From NCBI GenBank assembly GCA_030264375.1, contig JASCQW010000112.1, positions 36,959,650 to 37,023,649 of the forward strand: DNA of 64,000 nucleotides, read 5' to 3'. Position numbers and translations under genes: made by a program. This stretch comes from Carcharhinus longimanus (Eukaryota). The notes below the pieces were generated by a model. The model was not told the origin of the DNA, made no database searches, and saw only the letters and a program-made list of their open reading frames with translations. This document shows, piece after piece, positions 26,011 through 39,395 of the stretch (positions are counted from its first letter, which is position 1; every line of letters begins with the position of its first letter).

Positions 26011-29000
26011 TCTGAGAGTTGGAGACTATGCTATTACGAACTAGCAAACATTTATTGACTGTTTCCATTATCAGAGACAGACTTTAGCAGGGCATCGTTA
26101 GCCAATTCTTCCCTCAGCTTCCAGCTACATAGAGTCATAGAGTTTTACAGCACAGAAAGAGGCCCTTCAGCCCATCAGGTCCCCGCGCCAGCCACCAAGC
26201 ACCTACTATTCTCATCCCATTTTCTGGCACTTGGTTCATAGCCTTGTGATGTGATCTGACATCAACTGGCATCACTAATGATGCACCCTTAACAATTCGC
26301 GTGATGGTTATTAATGCTACACTCGGATACAATTACAACATTGGAAAGACATTTGGGCAGGTTGGGATGGGAAAGATTTGGAGGGATATGGGCCAACGCA
26401 GGAAAATGGGACTAGTTCAGTTTAGGAAGTTTGGTTAGCATGGAGGAGTTGGGCCAAAGGGCCTGTTTCTGTGCTGTATATCTCTATGTCTCTATGACAA
26501 TTCTCTCCTGCTATAAGGGTCCGAAGCTGTTCAAAGATGTGTGGGTTAGGTTGATTGGCCATGCTAAAATTGCCCCTTAGTGTCCTGAGATGCGTAGGTT
26601 GGAGGGATTAGCAGATAAATGTGTAGGGATATGGAGGGAGGGCCTGGCTGGGATTGTGGTCGTGCNNNNNNNNNNNNNNNNNNNNNNNNNNNNNNNNNNN
26701 NNNNNNNNNNNNNNNNNNNNNNNNNNNNNNNNNNNNNNNNNNNNNNNNNNNNNNNNNNNNNNNNNATCTGAATGTGTCCTGCAGCTAGTATAGAATGTAT
26801 ACAGCTCTGTATTCTCTTTTACAATCTCTGTTTCATGCTATTGTCCATTTAGGTATTGGGCAAGAAATATTGTACCACCCCCCCCCCATCCCAGTTAAAA
26901 CCAAAATGACATTTCAATTGTGTGAAGTACTACTTGTCACTGACAGTCACTTTATAATGAAAACAGTGTACAACATGCAAAGTAACCACAACACTCCAAG
27001 AAAACAGCTGACAGAACGGATGCCATCGATTTCTCAGGAATTCTATCCAGTACTGAAAGGGGGACACATTTCAGTAATGCAGAGTCACATAGCCATATCA
27101 GAGATAACTCAGGTCCATTGACCAAAGCAACCGTGTTATAATGGAGAAAAGCTAACACCCATCTCTTGCTAAGTCTCACCTGTTTCTCCTCAAACGTTGT
27201 GTGTGCAATCAAAAGTCAACTTTCATTTTTTTGTTGAGAAACATTGCATATAGATTAAGATTTAAAAAGTTACTAATTTTCTAATGTTAGATTTCTTACA
27301 AAGGCATTAAGAACACAGATCAGCATTAAACAATCACTTACAAGAATTTGTTTTACTAAATGGGATGACTATTCAAAATAGTCTCAAAAGCAGCCTAAGC
27401 ATTTAATGTTACTGGATAACGCTATGGTTTTACAGTTTTGTCTAAAACTGGCAAAATACATGACATAGTTCAAGTGCAAAGGTAGCACTACAACGTGTGA
27501 TAGTTGGGGAAGGAATAAATGTGTACAAGATTACATAGACCACCTGACCCAACCAGTCCATGTTGGTGTTTATGCTCCATTTCAGTCCCCTACTATCTTT
27601 TTTCATCTAAATCTATCATTGTAACTGAGTAGACTAAGGTCTAGTTTCTCCTTAAATGTATCTATTTGATTTACTTCAAGTACTCTCTATGGTAGTGAGT
27701 TCCACATTCTTACCAGCCACTGAGTGAAGTGGTTTCATGGAACCTTCAGAGCTAGTCACCCAAAACCCACATGGGCAGATGTCAGGAGACACGCAGAGAT
27801 GAAAGAAATAAATTTCTAGCAATCTAATCCAGCTCCCTCTTACACACTTAAGTGAAAAAAAATCCTATTCACAAAACACATTCAAAGCTTTAACTCTCCT
27901 CAGTGCTTAAACTAATAAAACATTTTACTCAGCTCACACATCAAAGACACCAAACTGTGAACTGAGCCCCTTCTCAGACAATTGCAGTTTTTGAAACTCG
28001 GCCATGCATTCATAATAATAGCCCATGAGAAATGTTAACGTTTACTGAAACTGAAAGAACAAATTATATTTTTTTTCATACCTACACCAGATGACCTGTC
28101 AATCCAAGAAGTCTAGAAGATTGTTTTTAAAAGCTCCTGGACAGTTTCATCTTGTTTTCTAGTTTAAACAACAGGGAATTTCAAAAAAACTTCAATTCGT
28201 GATATTTAAATAAGATCTTACCCATCCTTCAAGAGCATTTATGTCGACTCCAGCACCTACACAACAGATTAAGGTCTCTGGACCAGCCATAGTGGGGTCT
28301 GTTTGAACTCAACCACAGAGTTCAAGTGGCAGCAATGATTCTGAGTTTCCTTTCATGTAAATTATGCCTCCCCATGCTGAAAAAAATGGGATTTGATGAA
28401 AATGGGGGCATATCTCACTGGAGTCAGCCCGGCATTGCAAAAATCCTGCCCCTAGTGCTTGGTTTGCTTTTTAATGACTTTGCTAAGCTACGGCACAACT
28501 TTTGGTAGTCAGCATATTTCTACTGGGAAATCCAGTTATTTTTCCATTTCATCTAGACCTGCACCTTTCTCAATAAATGTATTACCTCACACTTGTGTCA
28601 CAATTTACCCATTCTGCAAGTTTATTAAATCCTCCTATAAGTTGTAGAAAATAAAATTATTCTAGTTTCACAAGAATTAAATTGAGAAAGCTAAATTGTG
28701 AAGCTGATCTTTGTTCCAGATAGGCTCTGCAAACTACGCATTCCATTCACATATAAACACTGCTTTAAGGACTGCTGAAGGAACAAACAAAAGACTTGAA
28801 TATGAAGAGATCAGAGATTGCCTGAGTATAAAGTGCCAGGAAAATTGGGAGGTCAGAAACATGGCATCTCAGTTTACTGCTGCAAGTTACATTATTGAGA
28901 ACAGAAGAATTGTTTTTACACACTGCAGCACACAATGCAGGTAAAATGGCAATTATGTCTACTAATTTCAATATTCTTTCTGCCTGTCTATTTTGGGCAT

Positions 29001-29249
29001 TGGAACTGAGCTTTCATCTCTCGGAGAGGAAATTCCTCATTAAACAGCTGATTTCCCAGAAGAGTGCCCACTAGAGACACAATGAAGGTTACAAGCAGAG
29101 CAAGTCTGGGATTAGATTTGGGTGAGAATGATGAGCATGAACAGACCGGGATGTCAGAAAGCCAAAGCAGCACTAAAAACATTTGTCCACAGGTACCATT
29201 TCAACATCCATCAGATGCACTATACCTGGAACTGCACCCAATTTTTACT

Positions 29250-30060
29250 GAAGGACAATACCCAAGAAAACTATGAACAAGCTCTGCCATGTCTTATAGA
29301 AGATCTTTAGCTAGCATGCTCAATCCGGGTGGCATGATCAAGGTTACTGTGAGGCTCAGTTTCCATTCTTTCCAGGTCATCTATGTGGACAGCTGGAGTG
29401 TTGCTGAGTTCAACGATCATTGCTGCACGATGGATGCTTTGTTCCGAAACCAGTATTTTCATCATTATTGAGCACCACCATTGTGAGGGGCTGCATAATT
29501 TTAATGTACTGCTGGCTTTCTACAGCTAAAAGGAATAATTGTATTGGAGATATTATTTGGGCCCCAGCTTGTAATACTGTGGTGCTTCCTTCGCATCCAG
29601 TTGGTCTGAGAGCCCAAGAATTATGCAGTCCAATAATTAGTTCCTCTGCAGCTCCTACGATGCCTTTATTTTTCACCAAACAACTGTGCCAGGCTTATCT
29701 GACGAAAAAAGCGCAGTAAAACGTGGGACAAGATGGTCCTATTCAAAATTGGCTAAAGATATCCTGTCAGATATGAACAGTAGTGGAGCACTGACAATGA
29801 AGTCCACGTAACGACCAAAATAAATGTGAAATATGCCATTTAATATATTAAAGTAGAGCTTCTAGATTCTCAGCTGACCAGTTGGTGCATTACATGATAA
29901 GCCCAAAGTCGTCAAGATAATAATGGGTCCTGCAGACTCCATAACTTTGCTTTACAAAGGGCCCTGCCAATAGAGAAAGAGCAAATTCCAGAAGATGCAA
30001 TAGTACAGGACGAAGATAGGTCCTGAAGCAAGGATGTGGGCTGGAAAATTAATGTAGCGG
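29250..30060 (+). mobile_element. Fossil Harbinger (HARBI1-like DDE) transposase, copy 1
   Basis: Frameshifted segments KVTVRLSFHSFQV..HCCTMDALF, NEVHVTTKINVKYAI, VGALHDKPKVVKII and LHNFALQRALP, in HARBI1 order. Confidence 0.7.
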
Positions 30061-31490
30061 ACACTGGTACAAAATATATATTTACTCAAGTACCATAACT
30101 GCCCCTTTTAGGAAGTCTTCTTTACACATACATAAACACACTGGCTCAAAACAGCAGTAATCGCCCTCCATTATGATCAATGTCCAACTATTGTTATGAT
30201 GTTGGATGATCCAATGACAGACATTCTTGGCAGAATGAACAAATCAAGTGAACAAACACAGTTGAGTGACGTGCGAACAATGTAGCAGAGCAAACAGCCG
30301 AGTTCCTTTGGCATATCCACTCATTTTATGCAAATCAAAGTAACGCAGAAAGAATAAATGCAGCTGATGGCTGCAGGGTTTTTGATGGTCCTTGCAGGGA
30401 TCTGGAATAGTGAAAGGTTCTGCTTGTACCCTTTGCTCCTCAAGTCTTTGTAAACAGCTTTGGAATCCATGCTTGGCTTGGCAACGTTTAATTCAAGAAC
30501 ATTTTTTTCTTAAGTAAACAGCTAGCTTCCCTTCCAATGCTTTCTCAAACACAGAACTAGTTATCAATTAAAGGTCACAGCTGAATTAGAAAATTAGTAC
30601 CGTCCTGTTTTCAGTGGGCTAAAATGTGGATTTTCTTTCCAAAGTCAAACAACAATCTCATTCTCTCTCTCTCTCTCTCCCCCTCCCCCTCCATATTCAG
30701 TGAGCAGAATCATGTGGCTGGGGGGCTGGATGATTATATTCAAATCCATTAAAATCCATCAAAATGAAGTCCTTGCCCTCTGTGGGCGCGGACCTCATGA
30801 CATCACTGGCAAAGGGTGGGAAAAATTAGAAAAGCGACCTCGGCGTTCTCTGATGCATATGCTGAAAATTGTCCCCATCACACGTATACCAAACCAGGAG
30901 TAAATTCTTCCAGAAAATTTTAGCACCCACAATTTGCTTGTGACACCAACAGCAATTTCTAGGTTCTCTTGCAAGGTATGTTGATGTCTTCCTGGAGAAA
31001 AAGGAATTACTGCTTGGTAAAACATACTTTTCCATTCAGAGATGTGAATAAACTTTTACAGGAAGATTTATTCAGAAGGACTGCAATTAATGTATTTATT
31101 AATTAATCGCAGTACCTTTGGTTCAGATCTTTGCTTATCTTTGATGCAATGAGGCAGGGAACACATTGTAATTAAAGGTAATATTTTGCACAATATAATT
31201 GGTAAATAATAGAAGTATAACAAAAAATATTTGAAATGAGAACAAAAACTTAAATTAATGTGTCACAAGTAACCAGCAGCTTGCCTAATCCAGGGATGAT
31301 GGCAGATATCAGAAACAAAATATTCTAAGTATACAATACGGGTTTAGTACCAGTAAAGGCCAAATTAAAAATTTTGAAAATGTTATAAAAATACAAGTTG
31401 TATATTATTCCATTACTTTAATACATGGGTTTTGCCTGCAGCGTTTGAATTACAAATATCTCCAGAGTCAGATATAATATTCCATTATAA

Positions 31491-31642
31491 TATCACTCAT
31501 AGGAACGACTGACCCATTTTCAACTGCTATGCACATGGAACCCTTCATCACTTTGGCCTTCAAAGTTCTTGTTTGAATATTTGCTACTACCACCACCAAG
31601 ATCTATACCTCCAACTGGACTTCCATGCTCACCACAGCAGCC
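31491..31642 (-). pseudogene. Diverged 28S rRNA fragment
   Basis: Plus strand GACTGACCCATTTTCAACTGCTATGCACATGGAACCCTTCATCACTTTGGCCTTCAAAGTTCTTGTTTGAATATTTGCTACTACCACC is the reverse complement of a conserved LSU rRNA segment. Confidence 0.88.
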
Positions 31643-34189
31643 TGTCTCACCAGCCTGTATCGTATACTTCGAATATTTTGTGCCTAATATCTGCCATCAT
31701 CCCTGGAGTTGGCACACTGTTGGGTGCCTGTGACACATTCATTTAAATTTTTGTTGTCATTTCAAATATTTTTTATTATACTTCTATTATTTGCCAATTA
31801 TATTTCATAAAATCTTGCATTTAGTTACAATGTGTCCTCTGCCTCATTGCATTAGAGATATTCCAGCTGACTATTATGCTTGACAGTCAGCTAGGATTCA
31901 ATAAAGTTTACAAAGCAATGCCATCATTCTCTAGATTTTCTAATCTTTGCCGTTTCAGAAATTTCAATCTACTGCAAAACAATGAATTAATAATTTATCA
32001 CAATTGCATCTGGATTAGTCACAAAATAAGCAACGAACATGGCATTTTCACAACTGCAGATCACAAGAACAGCTGAATAATTCTTTTCACCAAGGAGGTG
32101 GTAATTTTCAATCCACATGATGAATAAATATCAAATGCCAAAATTTTGCTTTTTTATTTCCCTGGAAAGTTTTGAATATCAGTATATTGCTAGGGTAAAA
32201 TTGCTACGCTACACTGGACCAAGATTAAAAACAAACTCCAGTAGCTGATGATAAGTTGGTTATTAAAACAAGTTATACGTACATCTCAGAGAAAAATCTC
32301 TAGATATCTCAAAAATTCGGACTAACTTTGCTTTTTCTTTTTAAAAAAAGGAAGTACCTATGTTTATGTTGCATCTCTTAGCAACCCAAGGACAGCAGCT
32401 TGCACTTACAGAATGCTAACATGTTCCACGCTTCAGAGAACCATACGGAGAAATAAGTTCACATGAAAGCAAAGAAAACGAAATTAGGATGGGTGACCAA
32501 AAGATTGGTTAAAGATACAACTTTTTATGAAGGGTTGTGAAAGGAGAAGATATTTATACAGAACATACTGCTTAGAACCTTGGCACAGGAATTTGGGGGT
32601 GTTCAAAACTCGAACAAGTAGTATGCAATGTTCTTAAGGAATTCAGGAAGTTACAGAATAAATTTGGGGTCATGAAAGGATTTCATCATGAGATCATGAA
32701 TATTAAACTGGAGGCCTTTGAAGGCTGTGAGCCAGTGTAGGTCAGCAAGAAAAGGGTGATGGATGAGCAGGACTTCTTGTACTATATGGGCAGTACAATT
32801 TTGTATAGTCTAAAGGTTATCTAAGTGGAGGTTGGCCAGAACAGCATTGGAATAAATTGAGCATAGAGGCACAGATGGGAGTTTCGGCAGCAAATAAGCT
32901 GAGACTGGAGGGAGAAAAGATAGTTAAAGTAAGCATTCCAAGTGATTATGAGGACACAGGTTCAGAAGTTCAGCTCTGGACCATACAGGATGTTGAGGTT
33001 GCGAGCAGTCCTTTTTAAATGGAATCGGGTGCCTGGCGGGGAATGGAATCTAACAGAGGGAATGTGGCAGGAGTCAAAGAACAATGGCTTCTATTTTTCC
33101 AATATTTAACTGGAGGAAACTACAGCTCATCTAGGACTCTTGTTAGATAGGCAGTCTGGAGCGGTTCAGTCAGAATTAACACAAAAAATTGCAAGAGAAA
33201 TGCAAGCTCACAAACAACATAGAAAACTAGAAGAGATATCATAAAGAAACAAAAAGGTGTATCAAGCATAAGAAAGTAAAGATGAGGAAGAAATTCAAGC
33301 AAAAATAAACAAGGAAAAAAAAACAGAAAAATAAAACTGAGGAATAAATGCAAAGCATTATGGTTGAGAGTTATGTTTAACATTATTTAGAGAAGATATG
33401 TAGTTGGAAATTGTAATTCCGGGTAGGAAAAGGCATCAGCCTCCCCAAAAGTCCATTCTGCATTTTGAACTGTGTGAAGAACCTTTTGACATAACTGAGA
33501 AATGTATTTTCTGCTATTTTGCATTCCTTATCTCATATTGCAGATTTACCTTTTCCATTGCTTTTCTGGTCTTTTGTGTCTCAACGCAAATCTGATACTT
33601 ACCTCCTTTCAGGACTAAATGCTTCAAGTTTCTCAGATGCTCTGGATTACTTTGCATCACGAGAAGCTTAAGGTTTTCCTGGAGAATTGGTCAAAGGTAT
33701 AATGTGATCAGAGCATAGACAACTTCCTCACACCTGTACTCTACTGCTTCGTCGATATGGTTCAGCGTTCTGCATGTTTTGTTAGCTGCGCTGATTGGAC
33801 ATGTTGAACACAGAATCGATTAATCTTTTAGAATTGGATCACTCATGGAATGTGCAAACCACTTACTTTGCCTATCTGTATGCAAGACTTCCATTTAATT
33901 TCATTGGCCACTGTTCTATCCACTTATATTTTATTCATCACTAAGTATTTGGCAGTTCTCTTATACATCTTCCCATTTTTCATGTGGTGATCATGTCTTT
34001 CCTCAGACTTACCTGCTTCTCAGTGCCTGATGGACTACAAATGTGACCAGTTGCATTGAGTTTCTGAATCCAAGCCATTATTGTAAATAGGAAATTGTTC
34101 TATAATCTATTGGCATGAATTGTGTTTGAATACTAAAGACTTGTTGCCTGAATTCCCCCTGACCTCTCATATCATATATCATCGAAGGA

Positions 34190-34552
34190 TGTGAGGTGAC
34201 CTGACAGAAGTGTATAAAGATGTTGAGAGGTATAGATTGGGTGGATTCTCAGAGGCTTTTTCCCAGGGCTGGAATGGTTGCTACGAGGGGACACAGGTTT
34301 AAGGTGCTGGGGAGTAGGTACAGAGGAGATATCAGGGGTTAAGTTTTTTACTCAGAGGGTAGTGGGCGAGTGGAATCGGCTGCCGTCGGTGGTGGTGGAG
34401 GCAAATTCGATAAGGTCTTTTAAGAGATTTCTGGATGAGTACATGGGACTTACTAGAATTGAGGGTTATAGGTAAACCAAGTAGGTAGGGATATCATTGG
34501 TGCAAGTTGTGTGCCGAAGGGCCTGTTTGTGCTGTAGTTTTTCTATGTTCTA
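34190..34552 (+). mobile_element. 5'-truncated CR1/HER1 LINE 3' end
   Basis: FFTQRVVGEWNRLPSVVVEANSIRSFKRFLDEYM, followed by a ttctatgttctat tail. Confidence 0.92.
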
Positions 34553-34650
34553 TCAATATAAGAATTAGATGTTCCTTTTCCAAATTGAAGAGATTTAACA
34601 AAATAAAATTTGTGCTTCTGGTAATCTGACCACAGGAATACAGCAGATAT

Positions 34651-36445
34651 AAAAGCAAAATACTGCAGATGCTGCAAATTTGTAATAAGAACAGAAAATG
34701 CTGGATAAACTCAGCAAGTCTGGCAGCATCTGTGGAGGGAGAAACAGAGTTAACGTTTCATGCCCATATGGTTCTTCTTCAGAGCTAAAAGAGGGAGAAA
34801 TGTGATGATGGATATTATACCATAAGAGACGGGTAGTGCAAAATTGAAGGTCAGTGATATGTGAGAGCTAGAAGGGATTGCACAAAGATGTTTGGGGAGC
34901 AAGAGAAAGTAAATGTTAATTGCAGTGAGATAAAGTCGCCACAGTCCCAAATAACCATAACCCTTTTGTGGGGCACAGCTGACTGATGGTGATTTAACCC
35001 AAGGATCACCACACCTCAGGTGAGGAGCCAAATTGAGAAGGTGAGGCCTTCGTGAATAACGTCAGCCAGTACAGGAATTGAACCCATGCTGTTGGCTTCA
35101 CTCTGTAACACTAACCAACTGAGCTAGTGTAAAGAGAGCAATAGAAGATACTGATAGTGGTGTAAAGATAAGAGAGCAGAATTGTTAATAGGAGAACAAA
35201 GGTCTGTGCTTAGTGAAGGCAAAACTTAAGAACAGGTAACAGATGGCCCTGCAGCATTTTTTGGATTTAAAAAAAAGTCAAAGTGGAGCAGAAAGTCTAA
35301 ATTTGTTCAACTTAACATTGAATCCATAAGGCTGTAACTTCCTCATCAGAGGATGAGGTGCTGTTCCTCCCATTTGCATTCCACTTCATTGAACATTGCA
35401 GCAGGCCAAGGACGGATATTGGTCAGGATAGCAAGATGGTGAATTGAAATGGCAAGCACCAGGGTCATGCTTCTGGACTGAGTAAAGGTAGTCCATAAAG
35501 GGGTCACCCGGTCTGCGTTTAGTCTCCCCAGTGCACAGGAAACTACATTGGGAGCAACGAATAGAGTAGATTGAATTGAAAGAGGTACAAATGAAGTGCT
35601 GCTTGACCTGAAAGGAATGTTTGTGATTTAGACAATGAGGAGCTAAATGGCCAGGGGATGGAGGTGACGGTGGAGTGGACCAGGGTGTCATGGAGGGAGC
35701 AGTCCTCACAGAATGCTGACAGGAGAAGTAAGTGATGATGTGTTTTGTGGTGTCGTGCTAGGGTTGGCAGAAATGGTAGAGGATAATCCTATGAACATGG
35801 AGGTTGGTGGAATGGAAAGTGAGCAGAAGGAGAGCTTATCATGGTTCCAGATGAAAGAGAAGGGGGAGGGACTAGTGGGAAATGGGTCAGACATGATTGA
35901 GTGCTCCGTCATGGTGGAGTGGGGGCACGGTTTTCAAAGTTGAAGGTTGCATCACTGGAAATGATGCAAAGAAGGCCAAGAAACTGGGAGAATGGGATCG
36001 AGTCCTTACAGGGACACAAAAGGAGCTGTAGAAGTCGGTGGTGAATATTGGTGGTCAGTCTATCACCAGAAATTGAGACAGAGAGGTCAAGGAAAGGAAG
36101 TGTCAGAGATGGACCATGTGAATGTAAGAGAGAGGTGGAAGTCGGAAGCAAGGAAAAGATACATTTTTCCAGGTCCAGGCAAGAGCATGAAGTGACACTG
36201 ATACACTCATTGATAAGACAGAAAAAGATTTGCAGGAGGGGGCCGGAGTTAGGACCAGAACAAGGAATGTTCCACATAATCCACAAAAAAAAAGCAGACA
36301 TAACTGAAGCCCATATAAGCATCCATAGCCACACCTTTTATGTGCAGGAAACACAAGTTAAAGGATAAATGGTGGAGTTGCAGAACAAGTTCAGCTTGGT
36401 AGAGGAGAGTAGTGGCAGACAGGGGTTGTTTAGGCCTCTGTTCAA
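34651..36445 (-). mobile_element. Penelope-like retroelement (RT C-terminus, GIY-YIG endonuclease, terminal repeat), decayed; SINE inserted at about 34925-35125
   Basis: LPFLDLSVSISGDRLTTNIH..KDSIPFSQFL and FQVKQHFICTSFNSIYSIRCSQC..GETKRR..ACHFNS. Confidence 0.88.
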
Positions 36446-36899
36446 CTTCAACTTAATTATTTGTTTGAAGCAATTCAGCAGATAAATGCATAATTTAGAC
36501 TCTACGGGCACAAAATTCAGACATGGTCGAGTACTTAAGAGGTTGAAAACAGTATCTGGGGCATTGATATGGATGTCCTATTGAAGATGTTAACACTGCT
36601 GCAAATACGACATCAATTGGCACATTCCACTGATGTGTTGCCAGTGCTACTATTTTAGAACCCAACACAAACATCTCAAACTCACACAGATGTACATGCA
36701 TTCTGTAAAAGGAAGGACATCCTGCCAACACCAGCACTATTTAAAGGGATCAGCAACTATTTGCAGATTAGTCGTTGATTGATTTCAACAGGTTATTGCT
36801 ATGAATGTACAAGCATTTGATACTTCCTAGAGTTGGCTAAGTTGTTGAGGTCTGCAAGGAGTGGTATGGCAGGTACTGATGTACTTTGGTCCTGGCTTC

Positions 36900-37900
36900 A
36901 GGGCTTCTGTACAAACCATTGCACCCAGATGAGTGAAGCAGTAGACATTACTTTTTGGGACACAGCAGGACTAGGAGAATGCAGAGCAGGGCAAACAGCT
37001 AGAGAAACAAGTAGGTAAAAAAGGACTACTCAGCAGGAGACTATTATCCACACAGGGTGTTCAGGGAGCAATTCTCCTACCTGAATCTAGCAAGGAACAA
37101 GGTGAGACATCTGCGCTTCAGTAAGGACATCTTCACTGTTACCTGCTGCAACCGCAACTGCAGAACAGAGCAAGGACAGCACTATGAATTGCTGTGAAGG
37201 TGAACGTAGCTATGAGCTTTTATATCAGTCCCTTTCCAGGTTGAAGTTGAAGATATTTGAAATTTCTCGCTGTTTGCCATCCACTATTGCATGAGGGAGG
37301 TTACTGATGTTCTTTTTCCAAAGACACCTGACTACATTTCATTCTCTGTTGCCAGAGAGCAGGAGGTGGAATGAATACACAGTTTCATTACGATTGCAAG
37401 TTTCCCCATGGTGTAGAATGGCATTGACCACAATCATTTCACTTTGTAGGTACCACATCAACTGAGATGTACATGAACAAAAGGGATTCCACTCCTCCAA
37501 TGTTCAGCTGGTGTGTAAGCAAACATGGGAAATCATGCAGATTAATGTCCTGTATCCTGGCAGCAGTCATGATGCCTTTGTTTTGTGGCAGTCTATCGTA
37601 CCACTTGCACTTGAGCCACCAGACAAACCAAAGGATGACTAATAGGCACCAAGGGCTATTCACGGATGACAAGGTTCATGGACTCCTGTGCGCAATAAAA
37701 GCACAACTAGATAGCATGAATACAATCATTGCCATGATGCCACATGTGACAGAGCAGACCACTGGTATGCTGAAACAGCTCTTTTGCTTCTTGGACCGCT
37801 CAAGAGGGACCTTGCGGTACTCAGCTGAGTAAGCATCAAGATTTGTAGTGCTCTGTTGCTTGCTGCGTAACTTTTCTATGAAGTCCGCAGGACACCTGCC
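36900..37900 (+). mobile_element. Fossil Harbinger transposase, copy 2
   Basis: NKRDS/FHSxNVQL-like segment, YPGSSHDAFVL, EQTTGMLKQLFCFLDRSRGTLRYSAE; many frameshifts. Confidence 0.85.
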
Positions 37901-39279
37901 AGCAACTATATGGCAAGAAAGTGAGGGGCTAAAAAGAAGGGAGGCTTTAGCTTAAACAGTCCCTTTCTGACAGGACCATGAACAACTCATCTGACTGATA
38001 CCAGTAAATGCAACCCCAAATTCTCCATTCTCTAACTGTCTCACATCCTACCTTCCCTTCATCACTGATTATGACCAAATGCATGCAGTGATAATGTACA
38101 AGTAAGTCAACACAAAATAAACATTCTAAATCAAATTTACTATATTGCACATGAATGCAAGTTAATCATCTTTATGCATTCTTTTCGTATCTGATGTCTT
38201 TGTCTCAGTTTTCCTACGTAGTCCTCCCTGAGTGATTGCAATATGGAGGAGGCTGCAAACAGAATTGCAGGATGTCCTCACACATCTCTGGCCTGAGAGG
38301 TCCAGCTTTGGAGAACATTATCCTGGCATGGGCACTAGCATGATTGGCTGGCTGACAGGCAACAAGGATACCTGTAGATTGGGAGGACAGATGCTGACAA
38401 CCTGAGAGATGACAGTAGGTTTGTGCTCTATGGAGTCACTATCATTCTCCTAGGGCATTGCCTCAGTATTTTTAGTAACCTATTTTACTCTTAGAGCATC
38501 TTTTGAACACTGATGCCTGCAATCACGATAGCAGATATAAGATAGCTTCTGTCACAATGAAAGCGGAGACATAACCATCAGATGTTACATCATGATCGAA
38601 TCAAAACCGCATGAATAAAGTTGGCCACCACTACCACACTGGAAAGCACGGGCCTTGGACCTTCAAACTCTGCACTAAGCCCTGTGCAACACTGGCACCA
38701 GACTCTATGCTCTTGCATGCAGCCTTTCTGGCTAGCCCGCCAATACACTGCGTATTTGTGCTTACCCATCAGCCTTTTCCTTAGGTTGCCCAGTGTTCAT
38801 CTGAATTGCTCCAGCAGAACCCATGCGTGACCTCGCCCTCTGGCAGCTATACAACCCTTGCTCTCTGCCGTGACTGCAAGTTATTCATATCCTGTGTCTC
38901 ACCGCTAAGAGATCATGTCTCCCACCTATTTTCTTAATTATGTGCAGTGTGTGTATCTGAATGGTAACTGCGAGTGTGAAATCGAGCAACAATGTTTCTC
39001 CATCAGCAATGTCTTGATGCTCTTCCACCATTACCTGGTCAGTTAGTAGTTCTTGATATCAGAAAGGAGAAAGGCACAAAGGTAAGGCTGTTGGGAGGGA
39101 AGCGGGAATGGGAAGGAGTGGGAAATTTGAGATGCAGGCTTACATCTGCAGCTTGCAACTAAAAGAAGATTGCAGGAGGAGGAGGAGGAAATGAGATGAG
39201 GAGGAGGAAAATTTAGGTATGAGGATATCATCACCTTCTATGACTTCAGCCAAGTCACTGGCCATGTCTTGAGCAACAG

Positions 39280-39395
39280 CTGATGAAGAAACATTGTTGC
39301 CCCAACAGTCAGCAGCACCATTTTCTCCGTTGGGGTGAGGACATGCAGACGTGCCTGCACACTGCCAATCAGTACCAGCTACATTGGTTATGCAT
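39280..39395 (-). mobile_element. Remnant of the Harbinger second gene (Myb/SANT-like partner)
   Basis: Minus strand reads GSVQARLHVLTPTEKMVLLTVG, like the TGGG..LTPxEExVL motif that follows Myb_DNA-bind_5 domains; convergent to the transposase. Confidence 0.5.
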
